A DNA stretch of 63,737 nt, counting the filler, from Sphacelaria rigidula (Eukaryota), in the NCBI GenBank assembly GCA_964200075.2. It is 10 parts of 10 records of this genome, joined end to end, with 100 filler letters (N's around TTAATTAATTAA, not from the genome) between each part and the next. Parts side by side here need not be neighbours in the genome. Positions count along the whole stretch, not along the records: positions 1 to 6,285 come from CAXNAA020021018.1; positions 6,386 to 12,669 come from CAXNAA020021019.1; positions 12,770 to 19,053 come from CAXNAA020021020.1; 7 more parts are not named here. One strand, given 5' to 3'. This document shows, in pieces, positions 1-13,053 of the stretch. A program made the position numbers and the translations under genes. Below the pieces are notes generated by a model. That model made no database searches, was not told the origin of the DNA, and saw nothing but the letters and a program-made list of their open reading frames with translations. The first letter of the stretch is position 1; every line of letters begins with the position of its first letter.

Positions 1-219
1 ATCCACGATTTCTTCAGCCCGACTGCCCAAAAGGGAGAAAAAAGTCGACCACTGGTCCAAAGGGTATCCACGCAACTTTTGCGCCATTCCACGTGCCTGG
101 GCTGCGTGTACCTGGGTTGCAACGCTGAATACAAAGCCTAGGGATTGATTCGTACGATTCGAATCAGTTATACTAAAACCAAGTAGTTTCCACACGAATC
201 ATTACTTGTCCGACCCCTG
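1..219. mobile_element. hAT-like MITE family A, copy truncated at window start
   Basis: Close match to 12013-12267, 22637-22881 and 50788-50971; right end ...TTGTCCGACCCCTG. Confidence 0.75.
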
Positions 220-491
220 AAAACTTCACGCCGCTTCAAGGTGTTAGACCCTGAAATTTTGCACAGGTGTTCTCACCACGGGTCACTACGCAACTTTCCA
301 AGATCGAAGTTTTTCTACTCTTTGACTTTTTTCACCGTTTTTCCGGGGTCCCAGTTTTTTCGGGGCGACTTCGATCCAGTCGGACCCCCGTAAAAGAAAA
401 AACTCGTCCATTCGAAGTAGTTGCGTAATGATCCAGAGCACACTTGTGCAAAAATTCAGTGTATTAACTCCTTGAAACGGCGTGAAGTTTT
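220..491. repeat. Foldback (long imperfect inverted repeat) element
   Basis: AAAACTTCACGCCG...TTAGACCCTGAAATTTTGCACAGG pairs with CTTGTGCAAAAATTCAG...CGGCGTGAAGTTTT; the same arm motif occurs at 23521-23780. Confidence 0.6.
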
Positions 492-929
492 TCGCGTTTG
501 TGCGATGAACCTTGCCGTGCCGCGGTGAAACGGCAAACTACTAGATTTTATAAAATAAATGGCGTTTCGGGGTCTTCTTTGATGTGACCATGAAAATTCA
601 AGCACCAGTTAATCGAGTTTGGCCACGAAATTTTTGGGGTTCTTCCTTGGGTTTTGCGGCGACAGAGCGTTCGCGAAAAAAAACAAAAAAACGTAGCACC
701 GGTTTTCCGAGGTTCCAGACTGGACAACTTCGAAAAGAAGATTTGGATCCCGTCGGACCCCCCAAATGCGGTAAAACAAAACAAGAATTGAAAAAAACTC
801 GTCGATCGAAACTTGCGTAATGATTCATGGCACATTTGTACAAAGTTTTAGGATCTAAATCCTAATAAATGCGTGAAGATTTGCGCATTTGTGCGACGAT
901 GTGAGCCTGAAACATGCAAACTCCTAACT

Positions 930-1520
930 ACTTGGTTTGAGTATCAAAACATCTTTTAGGGTGAATTTCACGTGGAGTCAGGCAAAATTGTATGAGATTT
1001 TCGAGTTTCTCCACCAAACTTCGTACATGTGCTCCTTGGACCATCCTGGGACGCATCATTTTATCGTTTTTCTTTTGAATCATTATTTTCCGTCTTCCGG
1101 CGTCTTCCGGGAGTCTTTGTACTTCGACCCCCGGAAGCCGGTAGAAAACGGAGAAACGTTGAACCCTTGCCAAGAACACAATTTTTGCATTTGGAGCATC
1201 AATACCTACGGAACTACCAAGTTCGAGGATGATATGAGCTTTTCTACAACAGATATATAAGGGAAATCGTCGCGAGGCTCCCGAGTCTTTCCTCTGTATC
1301 ATGAGTGGAAATTAGACGACGCCAAACTCCACATCACCGAAACATTTCGGTTTCGGGTATCATTCGACCCCGTTGAAACCGTTTTCAAAATCGTTTCTCC
1401 CATTAGATTCTTGAGGTAATGACGGTCACTACGATTCGAAGCATGTGGAGATTCGGTGCAAGTAGGGCTTGGAATTCGTATTTTCAATTTCGGAACAGTT
1501 TGAAAGGCGATGATTGGTCG
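930..1520 (+). repeat. Dispersed repeat, homologous to about 23900-24420
   Basis: Shared blocks such as GACCCCCGGAAGCCGGTAGA..CGGA..AACGTTGAA and TTTTCAATTTC(G/A)GAACAGTTTG. Confidence 0.6.
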
Positions 1521-3420
1521 AGACACATTTCTGTCCATAGCGCCACCGCTGTAGGCTCAAACAAAAATTCGGCTATGTCACCCTCTTAGTCTGTTCATTG
1601 CGGTCAGTATGATACCATGAATGCGACTATTGGGTGCGTATTGCAGAAGGCATTTGCTGATGACACTTTTTTTTTCCCGTGAACCTGCCTGCAGGCGAAA
1701 AACATTGCCCAGCGGACTGGGGGTCCGAAAAGTCAATCCACGGGAGTGAATCGGATTCAAACGAGCTGGAATCCTCATATTTTTATAAATACGGATTGGT
1801 TTCCATACAAAGTAGTGGTCTTATACTTGTAGTTATCGGTAGTTGGAGCAACGGAAATGTCCGTCTTTATTTGGCTGGCCAAGCTTGGAGTAATCGGCGA
1901 CACGCGTGCACTAACGACTTGCTGTAAGGAGTTCCTGTACTGATTGCTACATGCTTTACACCCCACACTATACTCACCTTGACGTCAAGTCATGACAGCG
2001 TTGGGGGGTGAAAGAGGACACGGCAGCGCTCCTGGATATCAGCAACGGAGCAACGTCGTTTGTGGCTCTACAGTACAGTCACAACAACAGTCTCAGGGCG
2101 CCTCCGTTCTATCCCATATCACACATCTGTACGTACAGATGGTGATACGTGACACTTTCTTCCAGAACGCCAACGTACCACAACGCCCTACATACACTGC
2201 GTCGCGCCGTCAAAATGCTCAGAGTATCTTACAGGTACAGTGCATATAGTACAGCACGGCATAGGGTAATCTAAAACATGTCTGCAGCTGCAAGTACGCG
2301 AGCACTGCTATAACACATGCTGCTGCACATTCAGTCCTCTCTATATCCCATGTGTGCTATTTTTGAGCGGTGATGTAGCTCAACCGAGAACCTCACCACA
2401 TCGTTCACTGAGTGCAGACTGTACAGACCAGCTCTCGCCCCGAATTTGCAATCCACTGCGAACCACAGCTGCTGCAGTAAATCCTCTCCTCCTTTGCTAT
2501 CGGGTGATGTAGTGTGACTAGTCCCTCGAGCTGTCTTCAACCCTCGCTTCGCTGCAAACGACCACCGCTAGCAGCTTTGTTCGCCCCCGTTGGATTCACG
2601 GCACAATGATGATGACTGTTTTCACCAGATGTATACGTACCCCTCCCTACCTACCTGCTACTTCGCAACTATCTCCTCACTCTACCTGGGAATTGAATAC
2701 GTGGAGTTTCTGGTACTTGTGCGCGTTGTATATAAGGATGCAAAGATGGCTGCTGGCCGTCGGTACTTGGTGGTGATCGATAACAGAGTCTGAGATGAGG
2801 GTTGAGCCGTGACAGTTTGGTTTTCTGCTAACTGACGAAACGCTGCCTGCGCTGCTTCACGATGTTGTTGCTAAATAACGCTGTACTGTCTTTAGTACCA
2901 ACTGTCGTTCTTTCTCTCTGCATCATTGTGCAGCAGACTCCCTCTCTCCGGTTCCTATATTAGCCATTTCTATCTGACCATTCTGAATCCGATTGATGCT
3001 GCGCTGTAATCCGACCGCTGGATCAGTTGCATCATGCAATAATTCGTCTCGATACACCAACCTCAGATTCCGCAAGGCTCCGATCCGTCACTTTTGCTCC
3101 GAATGACTGCAATCTCATCAACCTCTGGCTGGGGTGGAGTCAAGAAAATTTACGATAAAAAACTTCGCGGGGGTTGCGTGAGGATCTGAGAATAGCCGTC
3201 GAGATTTCCAACGAAGTGATGGTAGGTGACGAGTTGAAGTTGTTCTGATGGGTACCACTTCGTACTTTGAAGATCTTTCTCGGAAATTCGTAATATTGAA
3301 ACGTACTGATCTCCGGATATGTGGCCTCTCCGCCCTCGAATGTTTGTGGTGATTGATCGTTTTGCACACAGGTTTCAAAGGTTTAGTGGTGAATCGGCAT
3401 CATTTTCAGTCACACTAAAA

Positions 3421-4287
3421 GGCCGGATGTTATGGCAACAGATCTTTGGCCCACAGAATTTGGAATCCTGGTGAAACAAATCTGCGGCAAATTTGGTTTC
3501 GGGAACGATATTACACAAATTTTCATACCATACTATTCTGATCAGTATACCTCCATGATTATGGCAGCACACAGATTTTCATACCATACTATCCTGATTA
3601 GTATACCTCCACCAGGGTTTCGAGTTTTATGTTTAGAGCGTTTCAACAGCTCACAGTCCCGTAGATGTTTCGTGTGCTGTGGCGTGCTGTAGTAATGTAG
3701 CGTCACTGCAGCAGAGAGGTCATCACCACCCCACTAACACCAGTGCCGGTTCTTTCGAGGACATAAGTAAGTGAACATGCCCCCCTCCTTCTTGCTAAAG
3801 TTAAATCCTTCATCGAAGGATCGTAGAACTACCCGCCAGACAGCGACAGTGCGCATCACATGTCTACTCTCTCAATGTCTGCAATGCTTTTGCCAGGAGA
3901 CCGACGAGCAAGGCGTGTAGTTTTTTGTCTCGTACGCGCGAAGCGGGCTTCATAGCGTGTCGGCTGTGCGGTGTGTGGTTTACTTCGTGTGTTGTTGGTT
4001 GCTATCGACAGGATCATTCACAAAGGCGCAGCCAGCACGCCGGCACATCCAAGAAAAACGCGGCGTGACCCCATTATGACGGTCTGCCGGCCAAGACGCA
4101 AAAATCCGTGTGCAAAAATCTGTGCTTGCCGACCCCCCGCCAGTTTACCCAAAATTCTGTGGGACTCGGGCCCCGAATCTTGGCCACGGATTTTTTCATC
4201 GTAAATTTCGATAAACCCATAACATGGGTGGTGACACACGAATTTTGAAGATCCGGGGCCGAAGGTCTGTTGCCACAACATCCGGCC
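3421..4287. mobile_element. PIF/Harbinger-like non-autonomous element, family B
   Basis: TIRs GGCCGGATGTTATGGCAACAGA / TCTGTTGCCACAACATCCGGCC; same TIR and an internal block (CGTGTGC.AAAATC.GTGCTTGCCGACC) as 43846-44328; TSD not conserved here. Confidence 0.65.
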
Positions 4288-4305
4288 TCACATCATCAAG
4301 CCAGA

Positions 4306-4373
4306 ATGATGCCGATTCACAAAAACAAGAATCATCAGTGGGTTTCTTGTTTTTGTGAATCGGCGGCATCATT
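4306..4373. repeat. Hairpin / short palindromic element
   Basis: AATGATGCCGATTCACAAAAACAAGAA pairs with TTCTTGTTTTTGTGAATCGGC(GGC)ATCATT. Confidence 0.65.
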
Positions 4374-5673
4374 TTGACTCAACTCAAAATGATGCAGCGA
4401 ATTACAAAAACAGAAATCGGCAATGGGCTCCAAAGGGTCTACCCTCTTCTGACCGCGAGGGTAGGCACCGAGTTCATAGGTACGGGTCGCTGTGAAATAA
4501 TTAAACTGAAATCATCGATTTTTTCGTCGTTTTCCATGATTCCTGTCGGGACTTTCGCCGGATACGTGCGTTACTCATACCCTATCTGCCACAGAGAGGT
4601 CAACAAGATTGCATTGTTCGGTTATTTGTTGTCCGGGCCTTTTCTGGACTTCAATTCCCCCCGCTGGCTTGCTACAGCCAAGGGAACCAGAAGGAGGAGA
4701 GCTGGAACAAAAAAAAGTGCGGTCAGCATCGATAATATTTTGATACACACCAAGATGGCACTAAGTCAAAGCAAGGAGAGCGTACACCTTCGAAAGGAAG
4801 CGGCATTCTCGCACACGGAATCGTGTACACAAGAGAGATACATTGGTGCGTTGGCTGTCTGATGCCCTCTGTGTAGAGTGGTTTGTTGTCTCCAGCGTTG
4901 TACCGCAACAACTTTCTGTCGCGGTATCATACTGACTATCTGTATCGCAAGAAGATCCGCAAGCGCTGGCCGCGGCCAGTTGGCACCGATCAACACGAGT
5001 CATTTGGAACAACAGCACGACAGCCTAAAAAAAGGAGCCAGCAGCATTGATGCGTGTGGAGTCTTTTTCTCGGTTTATGTTCCGTCCGAGCAACATGAAA
5101 CATCACACAGCGACGACGATGGCGCCATCTTGAATAGTGCGCCGTATCCAAGGCCGTGTAGCTGCAGCAGCAACCTACGCGCAAATAAATGGAGACTGCA
5201 ACACCAACCCGGGCCACCGCAACCATACCGCGGGCATGGCGACACTCATAGCGAACGTTGAGTACACTACCCAGTAAACCAATAGATAGAGCACCGCTTT
5301 TGAGACTGCAATCGTCTTGGATATCATCCTGCCTCCGCGCGGTGCTGCACTGCGGCTGCGGGCATCAGAAGACCGGCAAAACCATGTGTGACGGAACCTA
5401 TACTAAAATCAAGTTTGTACTATGAAATAAATGTACTATGAAACGTAAAGCGACAGGACAAATATTGAAATAAAATATTTTGAAATTAGTGTTCGTACTA
5501 TGAAATTAAACCCGTACCTATGAACCCGCCGCCGGCTGTAGGTCACCTGCTGAATCGATGTTAATTTTCACTTGAAAAAATTTGCATCATCATCCAGATG
5601 GACTACCCTGACCGCGGTCGAAGGGTCAACAGTATTTGTACCTCCAGTTGCGAGGTTAGTTTACTACTGCACC

Positions 5674-5768
5674 CTACGAAACGGATTCAAGCTCGTACGA
5701 GCTGGGCCAGCCTAGAAACGGATTCAAGCTCGTACGAGCTGGGTCAGCCTACAAACGGATTCAAGCTC
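5674..5768. repeat. 37-bp tandem repeat, about 2.5 copies, with internal palindrome AGCTCGTACGAGCT
   Basis: AAACGGATTCAAGCTCGTACGAGCTGGG(C/T)CAGCCTA repeated head to tail. Confidence 0.8.
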
Positions 5769-6285
5769 TCAAAGCAATATCTCAACGACACAGACGCGTT
5801 GGGCCGTGATCCACACATCGTATTGATCGTCCAATCAAGGGGAAGGTGCCCCATCTGCTAAAAAGTCTGGGCCACAACGCATTCAGCAGATGATGACTAT
5901 TTTGGTGTGAACCCTCCCTGGAGCACGGGGAGACGATAGATGCCCCCACCATCACCTAATTCTTGATGTATCTCGAGATATGGCGCACATAAGGTTCGAT
6001 ACTGAAATCAATATATTACGAGCAGAGGCTCTAGATGCCCCAAATCTGGATATATATCGCGTCTCAGGGTTTGAGAGTTGTCGTGCTTTGAAATTTTGTA
6101 TGAACCGCTAGTGCATAATGAAATAAAAAACAGCGTTTTCTTTTGGCTCAAGAATTGTGGATTATTTGGGATGTAGAAAAGACGTGAAACTAACACGAAC
6201 AAAACTGCGAGACAAAAAAAAAGCACGGTCTCGCAGTTGGGAAACTATCGGGCTAACCCGAGACTACCGCCGTTTCTATTTCCCC

Positions 6286-6385
6286 NNNNNNNNNNNNNNN
6301 NNNNNNNNNNNNNNNNNNNNNNNNNNNNNTTAATTAATTAANNNNNNNNNNNNNNNNNNNNNNNNNNNNNNNNNNNNNNNNNNNN
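6286..6385. other. Artificial contig linker
   Basis: 44 N + TTAATTAATTAA + 44 N. Confidence 0.98.
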
Positions 6386-6878
6386 TACTGATTATCTCGC
6401 ATTGGATGACAGCCTACAATGAGTTGCTTTATTTTTTGGTATCGCCACTTCCCGAGACAGCCACAGCTTATACACTGCCTCATGGGTGTCTCACCATTGG
6501 GGGCGGACTAGGGGGGGGCGGGGGGGGGAGGAAGGTCGGTACCGTAGATCATCGCGGCGCATGGCGTACTTTGTCGCGGCATCTGTGTTACGTGCAGCGT
6601 AGATCAGTTGGTATTTGAGCTAGATTTCACGACAGTTTTTCCTCGACGGCGTTTTTGCTCTACTATATATGATCAACCAGTGAAGAGCACTAGTGTCATC
6701 TGCCCAACCCCCATCCAGTTTTACTCCGCTCGTGGTACGGAAAGTAGCTCCACCTCAAGCGCGCACCCGCTTGCCGCCCTTGACCTCCTGTACCGGTAAC
6801 TATCTCGTTTTTGAAGCCTCAGTGTGCTCACCTACCCTCTTGTCTCATTGGTTATGAAATTTCCACTTTTTGTCACAG

Positions 6879-8188
6879 ACTTTACGATCTGTGGAGACGG
6901 TGAGAAACGACGTGTCTGCGCTGAGAAACGACGTGTCTACGTTGAGCGAGGTGATGGAGGCCACCCAAGATGAAAACAAAGCTTTTTTGGAACGCTTCAC
7001 TGCCATGGTCGAGGAAGCGATACGAGGGCAACAGGTGCAGTGAAAATGCAAGAGCCGCGAGATTTGGCCTTGATTTTCGCGAGAACATGCGCGACACCGC
7101 ACGTTGAGTTGCACGGATTCGTACCAGCGGTGAAGAAAAGTCGGTAAAAGTTACAAAAGCGATGCTCCGCTTCATGAGCCGTGCTTGATGGTTGATTAGT
7201 ATCGTGTTGGCATATTCGGGTGTATGTCATGAACATCTTCCCGCAGTACTCTCTTCGGGATGATTTGAAGCCATGCTGGTATCCTCGGCTCCGCGTGGCG
7301 TGCAGCAAAATGTACCGCTTCCTTGTCTGATCGGATTTCCATGATATGGATATTGAAAACGCCTTACTTACGTGACCCCCTCTCCTGCTGGCCACACCTT
7401 CGGTCACCCAGGAGTCATCTCTGAAGCAGGCGAAATTTAATCTCAATAGCTTCTACGGGAGTGACGGCGACATAAGCTTCCTACGGAAAGCGCATAAGCA
7501 CGCCGAGGCGGCTTTGGCTCAGGAATCTCTGGACATGAAACTCTCGGCCGGGCTGATCGCTGTTTCTACGGGCTATGTGGTGTGGGCCAAGGTAGGTGAA
7601 GAGCGTTGAGTTTGTTAAACATGGCGGAGATGTGTTCGAAGACAGCGTTCGTTAATGTACTCGGCCAACGGTAGTGAGTGGGTAAAGACCTTACTTTTTC
7701 CCCATCACATTTTGCAGTATTTTTTTATTCCTACGATGCTTCTTTACATTTATCTTGCTACAACTCCGAACCCACAGGGGGAACACTGCAGCCCATAGGT
7801 AGAGAATTGTTGAAAACGAGCACTAAACTTCATCTTGCGAGGGTGAAGATCATGGCGAATCAACCCGGGAAAATGCACTAAATAAACGCTAGTAGGTGTT
7901 GTAGGAAAAATTCCCGTTTGACACGATGTTCGCGTTGGGTCCTGTGATTTTTTATACCACCACCATGTACCTCTCGCGTCGGGGCTAGTTTTACAATCGG
8001 AACTTCCGCTTTGTTTTCCCGCGCGTGCGTGGCGCCTGTCGTACCTTGCTCTTTCGTTCGGACAAAGGAAAAGTCGCCTGAGAGAGGTAAGAAGCTTGTA
8101 GTGGAAGGTACTCTCAAGAACATCGCGACCGAGCTGATGAAGTATTGGAAGGATCCAGCACAGGCCGACGAGCATGAGGGCCGAAAGG
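6879..8188 (+). pseudogene. Decayed multi-exon coding relic of unknown function (coiled-coil exon; possibly TE-derived)
   Basis: Acceptor TTTTGTCACAG then TLRSVETVRNDVSALRNDVSTLSEVMEAT...; segment ending YVVWAK|GTAGGT near 7591; exon ...KNIATELMKYWKD...EGRK|GTGAGT ending 8188; in-frame TGA stops. Confidence 0.35.
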
Positions 8189-9235
8189 TGAGTTGTTTTC
8201 AACTCCGGAGTCAATTATTTTCTCTTTTGCTGGTTGTTAGCATGTGCTCAGTATTCTCGTTCAGATCCCGGCGGTCGATTTTATCGGATGTATATATATA
8301 TATATATATACATGTTTATTTTTTTCCTGCCTGCGACCGGTCTCCCCTGCGGTAGCCACCAGCTAGTAGCATCGATCTCATACAGAAAACGGCTCTTAGC
8401 TCAGCTGCTACAAGGCATCAAATAAGCTGAAATGTATTCGTGCCTTGTGTCTGTGGTCATTTTCGGGCATCGCTGTTCGCATGGGCTCAATTTAAGCTCG
8501 AAATGCTCAATATTCAATATGGGCTAAATATGCTTCATATTCAATATTGGGCGAGAAAACGGCGGGTTTTTGTATACAGGATGACGATCAGTTACAAGAG
8601 TAATGAAAGTAGAAGCAGAAGCAGTGTCATTATCCAAACCACAGTCTTGTGATGGAGGGCTTGGTGAAGTTATCCTCCAGTACTGTATGTGCGGGAAAAC
8701 GACCTATGAGTAGAAATGGCACTGCCTTGTGCATTGAAAGTTTTCATGAATTGGTGGATTGTGTAATTTTTTCGGTGGAAGATTAGATTCTATCATGAAA
8801 ACTTCGATTACTGTTATCATTCTCACATCGACTATTTGTTGACCCTGCTTGTCCGTGCAGTTATTTGCCGCTACGTGCTCCTCGGGCCTCACTGGGGAGT
8901 GTTGCCGTTACCGATACAAGTTTGGCTCTTGAGACAATGGCACATGATTACGTGGTCATAATGTTTTTGAATTATTATTTTTCTTCGGTTGATGCCGATT
9001 TCAGTCAGTTTGCATCTACATGAGTTTGTTGAATATTGCAATGTTGACCCTATGCGACTGTGGTCTCTTCACAACCATAAAGCCCGTTCGACGGTGATCA
9101 CTAGCTGCTGTACAGCCACGTGGTGATTAATTACCAGGAAGCAACATCACTATCTTCGACCTGACGCCCAGGGTGTGAGATGTGCGGACTCACAAAACAG
9201 TTGAATCCCGTACGGTATTTCCACAGAGCAGTGCG

Positions 9236-9310
<75 letters not shown>

Positions 9311-9369
9311 TAGTAGGAGTAGGAGTAGGAGTAGGAGTGAAACAAAACAAAACAAAATAAAATAAAATA
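9236..9369. repeat. Compound microsatellite (GTA)25-(TAGGAG)n-(AAAAC/AAAAT)n
   Basis: Directly visible. Confidence 0.95.
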
Positions 9370-10755
9370 GACAATTCGCCCAGCACCTGATACAGCTACA
9401 TTTGACCACCACACGATACCTATGCGGGAAAGGCAACGTCTGTGGAGGTTACGTTGTTCACGGCAAGTGCAGTGTCTGTGAACACGTATGCTCGCCGTGG
9501 GCTCTGTCGCTTGCTCGGCTTCTTTGCGGACGCAGAATATGAACAGAGAGTAGAAATGAATTCTCGCGTGCGCCCAGGGCAGTACTGGCAACCGTTACAG
9601 AAGAACAATACATGGATGGCCGTCACGCCACCTACTGAATGTGCTTCCAACACAGGTTACTCGAAATGGTGTGTGACTAGACCAAGTCATTGCCATGTCG
9701 GCCCGTCATCGCGTGATTTTTCAGCCCTCGTTCCTCGTTGGTATTCATGTTGATTCCTGTGTGCGGTATGCGTTCGTGTGTGGGTTGACTGGCCATCCGG
9801 GGGCGGGGGTGGCAGTTGTGGCAAGTGATGAGCCGTACTTGCCCCGTACTAGATTGAATAAACGTACTGTGCAAGATGCATCAGGTGCTCTTGACCGTGA
9901 GCCGAGTCCGGGGATCCAACGGTTGCACCCGCTGGGCGGCATGCTGTTTCCTTGCTTTGTTGTTCATCCCGTGGTTTGCTCAAATGTCATAATAGGTTGG
10001 TCGGTGAGCTAGTGCCGATGTGATCGGTACAGTCTTCACCAAATCATGATGAAACATTTTATATTTGCCCTTTGATTACCAAAGGATTCAACGAAACATA
10101 TGCGAGCTGGACCAGCAGTGAAAAAAATCCCGCACTCAGGCTGATGTGGAATCCACATGATCTCTTGATGGAATGACTTTCACGAAGAACGCCTTCACCG
10201 ACACCCGACCTCCTCCTGCGACAACTTCCTTCCACGACGTAGGTTCTGGCATATATGCTGGACATGGTATCGTGCATCGCCGTTTTCCCCCCTTCAAGCT
10301 CGGATGTCGTGACCATGCTGCTCGGTATGCAGCCCGACCGACACCGAGAGCTGGCCGAAGCTTTGGGCCTCTTCTGTGCCAAGAATTCACACGAGGCAAG
10401 TGCCAGTGCATTTCCCACTGCCCAGGGGGGGGGGGCGTACTCATTTGTTGCTTGCCTTAGTCGTGTGAGCATTGACCACGCATCCCTTTCGAGACGGAGC
10501 GAAAATTTTAGCGAAAATTTCCCACTGCCCAGGGAAGAACATATGGTGTGTGGTCTCTATATGAGCGGGGGGAGGGCTTGCTTAGTCGTATCTCTCGCTG
10601 TTGGTGTGTAAGAACTAGGTACACTGTGTGAACGTACGGCAATGTAGGTGCCTTATAATTGTTGTGGTGTTCCGTTGCCCGCCCTTGTACGCGGAACTGC
10701 AACCGGTGCTGGCACAAGCTCGTTTGTGATCTACAATTGAGGTGTGCTTAATTCC

Positions 10756-11135
10756 GCCGCGCCCCAGTGGTGTGATGGTCTGACTGTCGCCATTAGGATG
10801 GAGAGAACGAGGGTTCGATTCCCGGCTTGTTTTCTTCTTTTCTTCGTAGTATGTGATCTCCACCGTGGAAAGCGTGCGAACGCGAGTAAACGAGGTAGTC
10901 GACTGAGATCGTTCGACGTGAGTTGACGCGGTGCGGGGCTGCTGATCAAATTAATGAGACCAAAATGCAAGGCGTGTGCCGGGGAGAGATGGGTTGATCC
11001 CTCGAGACCACGGACTCGTCCCGAGGAAGGGCAGGGGTTTAAAGTGCGACAAACAACTAGAACAAAATGCGAATCAACAGGTTTCGACGTCGCTTTCAAT
11101 CTAAAATGCGAACTTTTAACTTGTACTGTACTGTA
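10756..11135 (+). mobile_element. tRNA-derived SINE family 2
   Basis: GCCGCGCCCC start, A-box TGGTGTGATGG, B-box GGTTCGATTCC; body blocks GACG.GAGT.GACGCGGTG and TCGTCCCGAGGAAGGG shared with the minus-strand copy at 58760-59110; (TGTAC)n tail. Confidence 0.6.
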
Positions 11136-12012
11136 TTCTGATGTGACTTTCTTGTGGCTGAGCTTGTTAACCAGTTTCTACAGTCGTCGTATGTAGTACA
11201 TCACGGCAGGCGGTACTCTGTCTTGGCCTCAATGATCTCAAAAAGTGCAGCAGCCGCCCCACGGCAAGCTGTATCGGGGGAAACTCCTGTTGCGATCTTC
11301 ACATGAACCGAGATCCCTCGGGGGCAAAGGATCTCGCCTCGCGTGAAAAGTTGAGCTAGAACACCATTCGAATGGCAGCGTCGTAGTCCCTCAAAGATGA
11401 CACAACTATGTGTAGGAACTGGCCATGCCCACATCCTCTTACATGTAGCGCCAAGTGCTGTTTTGAACAGAACCTCTCTAGCTTAGCTTTGTCATGTCGA
11501 ACACGGCGTTGATGCATGCGCGCGCATGAGCGCGTGCGGGACTCTCTGATGCGTCCACTCTTGATATGGCTACGACTGCGCCAATATACAGTAATTTCAT
11601 CGTATCACGTGTTATACCTTATGGTGCTTACTGATGCTGGTCCAAAAGAATGATTGCTTCGTAATAATTTTTCAGTTGCACCGAGCAGGTATTACGTCAT
11701 TCCACAATCATGACATGAAAATGATGGAAGAGCAGCACACCGTGCCAGGAAAGGTGATGGCAGATTGCAGGACTGACAAGTGAATCACGCACACAGTACA
11801 CGCGTTTGTTTACCGCCCCGACGAAGCTATATATAGCCATTTCATAGCCCAACCCAGTTCAGGGTGCAACCCACCCCGCCTTCGTTTTTGGGGCAACGAG
11901 ATCAACGGCTACTTCTTGCTCCGAACATCTTTGCACGTATTGTGTTGACGAGTTGACGAGGCGTATCATGTCGTGCTCCGACGTGCTCGCATGAAAACGC
12001 ACTGAAAAAAAC

Positions 12013-12267
12013 CACCGTTAGGACGAATCATGACTACGAATCACCAAATCCACGATTCCTTCGGCCTGACTGCTCAAGAGGGAGAAAGAAGTTGATCGCT
12101 GGTCCAAGGGGTATCCACGCAACTTTTGCGCCATTCCACATGTCTAGGCTGCGTGTACCTGGGTTGCAACGCTGAAAATAAAGCCTGGGGATTGATTCGT
12201 ACGATTCGAATCAGTAATACTAAACCCAAGTAATTTACGGACGAATCATTATTTGTCCGACCCTTTG
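12013..12267. mobile_element. hAT-like MITE family A, full copy
   Basis: Degenerate TIRs CACCGTTAGGACGAAT / ATTTGTCCGACCCTTTG; flanks AAAAAAAC / AAAAAAC resemble an 8-bp TSD. Confidence 0.75.
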
Positions 12268-12669
12268 AAAAAACAGACTGCGCAATATCCGGACACTGCA
12301 CCGGCCTTGATCAAGCACGTTCTCCGAACGAGGTCCTTGGGAGACTTAGTCCGCATGGCCAGCGCTGCTTGCCTTGATACTTCTGCCTGCCACGCTAGAG
12401 AGGATATTCAAGAAGCTCTGGGAACCTGCGGAAAGGCATTACGCATGGAAGCACCGACATCCCGGGATGTCGGGGTGCAGACTGGAGAGTCAGACGCTGA
12501 TGTTGCTCTTGTTGCTGTTGATGAAGGGGGTTCGGGATCACCACCGTGCGGTCCAGGTGGGATGATCAGTAAGGGAACGACACGGAAGGGGACAGAGGGT
12601 ATCATCCTCGGGGGGGGGGGGGGGGGGGGGGGGGGTGTTTTTTTCTTTGGCTGCGTTGTCCTCTCCTCG

Positions 12670-12769
12670 NNNNNNNNNNNNNNNNNNNNNNNNNNNNNNN
12701 NNNNNNNNNNNNNTTAATTAATTAANNNNNNNNNNNNNNNNNNNNNNNNNNNNNNNNNNNNNNNNNNNN
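12670..12769. other. Artificial contig linker
   Basis: 44 N + TTAATTAATTAA + 44 N. Confidence 0.98.
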
Positions 12770-12843
12770 AGACTACTGGTCAGTCAGCGCTGACTGGTCA
12801 GTAGTCTAGTTGGTAGTCTCTTAAACCGTCACAGGCTTTACGA

Positions 12844-13053
12844 CAGATTCCTCGAGGAACTAAAATCCGTAAACGGTTTGTAGACAACTAAGGTGACCAG
12901 CAGAAGTTCGACGGGGAGGTGTTCGATTTCCGTCAGCCGTATTACCGTATCAAGTATGAGGATGGAGATTGGGAAGAGATGACGCCGTTGGAGGTGCGAA
13001 AATATACGGTGAATGGGCAGGATACCGGAACAGTTTCAGGGTCTAACTGGTGA
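12844..13053 (+). pseudogene. Tudor-like domain fragment with one internal stop, probably the C-terminus of an LTR retrotransposon polyprotein
   Basis: QIPRGTKIRKRFVDN*GDQQKFDGEVFDFRQPYYRIKYEDGDWEEMTPLEVRKY matches the G..V.K.F...F.G.V...Y.I.YEDGD.EE Tudor pattern; downstream purine tract GAGGAGGGG followed by TGTTAC at 13328. Confidence 0.55.

Noticed and set aside
4880..4990. Cys-rich secreted-protein exon on the minus strand (CGSSCDTDSQYDTATESCCG)
   Set aside because: Too short, and the upstream signal-peptide-like frame has stops; cannot be supported
6330..6341. TTAATTAATTAA as a biological site (piggyBac TTAA target or PacI-like motif)
   Set aside because: Identical in all nine gaps and centred in the N runs; it is a six-frame stop linker
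9131..9591. Poly-Tyr, poly-Leu and poly-Thr ORFs
   Set aside because: Translations of the (GTA)n microsatellite
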